A DNA stretch of 64,000 nt. Source: Eledone cirrhosa. Its lineage: Eukaryota. The translations under genes were made by a program, and so were the position numbers. The notes below the pieces were generated by a model that ran no database searches, was not told the DNA's origin, and saw only the letters and a program-made list of their open reading frames with translations. Shown here piece by piece: positions 61,601-64,000 of this stretch (positions are counted from its first letter, which is position 1; each line of letters begins with the position of its first letter). The stretch covers positions 140,368,001 through 140,432,000 of the forward strand of contig OZ024740.1 in NCBI GenBank assembly GCA_964016885.1. Direction: 5' to 3'.

Positions 61601-64000
61601 AAAGGCACAGAAGCAGTCAAAGGCACAGAAGAAATCAAAGGCACAGAAGCAGTCAAAGGCACAGAAGCAGTCAAAGGCACAGAAGCAGTCAAAGGCACAG
61701 AAGAAAACAAAGACACAGAAGAAGACAAAGAAAATGAACAAGAAGAACAATTATTATTACTATTATTATTGTTATTATTATTTGTATTATTATAATCAAA
61801 CTAAGCCACACTACATCAACCTATACCAAACCACAACACACTACATCAATCTATACCATACCACACCACACTGACAAACATTATACCATACCACATTATC
61901 CAACACCACACTATGAAACACTGTACGACCTCACATCAGACCATTCTATGAAACAATATACCATACTACACTATACAACAATAGACAACACCACACAAGA
62001 CTATGAAACACTATACTTTACCACACTATATCACACCACTCAAGTTAGAGAGGATCAACTTTTTTCCTGGAAAGTAGAAAACCTAACTTTAAGCTAAAAC
62101 CGAACTTTAAAAATAACACTTACCCTAACACTTGCACTCACACATGCTCTAACAGTGAACTTAGCGCTAACATGAAAACTAACACAAACTAACCTGAACA
62201 CTAAGACTAAAACTGAAACTAACACTAACCTAAACAGCAGCACTAAAACTAACAATACCGTAAACACTAATACAAACACTAACACTAACCTGAACACTTA
62301 CACTAAAACTCACATTAGCACAAACATTAGCCTGAACACTAGCACTAAAACTAACACTACCATAAACACTAACATTGACCTGAGCACTAACACTAACACT
62401 AAAAGTAACACTAACACAAACACTAATCTGAAAACTGATACTAACCAGAAAACTAAAGCTAACATTAACTTCAACACTAAAACAAACACTAACACTAACA
62501 GAGATACTAACACAAATATTAACACAAAAACAAACACTAACACAATCTCTAACACTAACCTCAACACTAACACTAAAACTAACATTAACTTGAACACTAA
62601 CTCTAACCTGAAAACTAATCTAACATTAACCTGAACACTAACATAAACACTAATGCTAACACTAACAGAAATACTAATGCTAACATTAACGCTAACCTTA
62701 ACACAAAAACAAAGACTAACGCTAATACAATCACTAACACTAATGGAAACATCAAACACTAATGCTAACAGAGAGACTAACACAAATACTAACACTAACC
62801 TTAACACTAAAACTAACACTAACAGAGATACTAACACAAAAACAAACACTAACACAATCTCTAACACTAAAACTCACATTAACTTGAACACTAACTCTAA
62901 CCTGAAAACTAATCTAACATTAACCTGAACACTAACATAAACACTAATGCTAACACTAACAGAAATACTAATGCTAACATTAACGCTAACCTTAACACAA
63001 AAACAAAGACTAATGCTAATACAATCACTAACACTAATGGAAACATCAAACACTAATGCTAACAGAGAGACTAACACAAATACTAACACTAACCTTAACA
63101 CTAAAACTAACACTAACAGAGATACTAACACAAAAACAAACACTAACACAATCTCTAACACTAAAACTCACATTAACTTGAACACTAAAACTAACCTGAA
63201 AACTAAGCTAACATTAACCTGAACACTAACATAAACACTAATGCTAACACTAACAGAAATACTAATGCTAACATTAACACAAAAACAAAGACTAACGCTA
63301 ACACAATCACTAACACTAATGGAAACATCAATCACTAATGCTAACAGGGATACTAACACAAATATTAACACAAAAACAAACACTAACACAACCTCTAACA
63401 CTAACCTTAACACTAAAACTAACATTAACACAAACATTAACACAAAAACAAACACTAACACAATCTCCAACACTAAAACTAACATTAACTTGAACACTAA
63501 CACTAACCTGAAAACTAAGCTAACATTAACCTGAACACTAACACAAACACTTACACTAACACAAACACTCATGCTAACATTAACGCTAACCTTAACACAA
63601 AAACAAAGACTAACGCTAACACAATCACTAACACTAATGGAAATAGAGATACTAACACAAATATTAACACAAAAACAAACACTAACACAATCTCTAACAC
63701 TAACCTTAACACTAAAACTAACATTAACACAAACATAACTTTAACACTAACCTGAACACTTACACTAAAATTAACATTAATCTAAACACTAGCACTAAAA
63801 CTAACACTACCATAAACAGTAACACTAACACTGATCTGAGCACTAACAGTAACACTAACACTACCATAAAAACTAACACTAACATGAACACTAACACTAA
63901 AACAAACACGAAAACTGACACTAACCAGAAAACTAAGCTGTAAACACTAACACTAACCTGAACACTAAAACTGACATTAACACGAACACGAACATTAACC

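Larger units (their letters stand above)
46378..64000. repeat. ~6.8-kb macro-tandem repeat: copy 1 ~46378-53438, copy 2 ~53439-60223, copy 3 60224 to window end
   Basis: Identical ORFs recur at a 6785-bp offset (49083/55868/62653, 50981/57766, 54040/60825). Confidence 0.97.

Overview
AT-rich, repeat-dense eukaryotic genomic DNA. The SINE/LINE and microsatellite repertoire suggests an octopus or other cephalopod, which is an inference. The left ~34 kb holds one complete minus-strand gene that I spliced by hand into 10 phase-consistent GT-AG coding exons (34218->1492; 4047 nt, ~1348 aa). It is an ALPK1-like alpha-kinase with the N-terminal ADP-heptose-sensor-type helical domain, a long linker carrying ~23 x 45-bp coding repeats and a DSGYGS motif, and a C-terminal alpha-kinase domain. 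Its introns contain RTE, CR1/L2 and CRE-like LINE pieces, a mariner relic, a near-full-length Penelope-like element and many tRNA-derived SINEs. Upstream are a promoter-like motif cluster (~38.4-38.5 kb) and a young, internally deleted Ty3/Gypsy element (171-bp LTRs, CATAT TSD). That element's primer-binding position is complementary to its own LTR rather than to a tRNA. A 74-bp minisatellite and piggyBac-type MITEs follow. From ~46.4 kb to the window end lies a ~6.8-kb macro-tandem repeat (2 full copies plus a partial third) built from nested simple repeats and exon-like modules.
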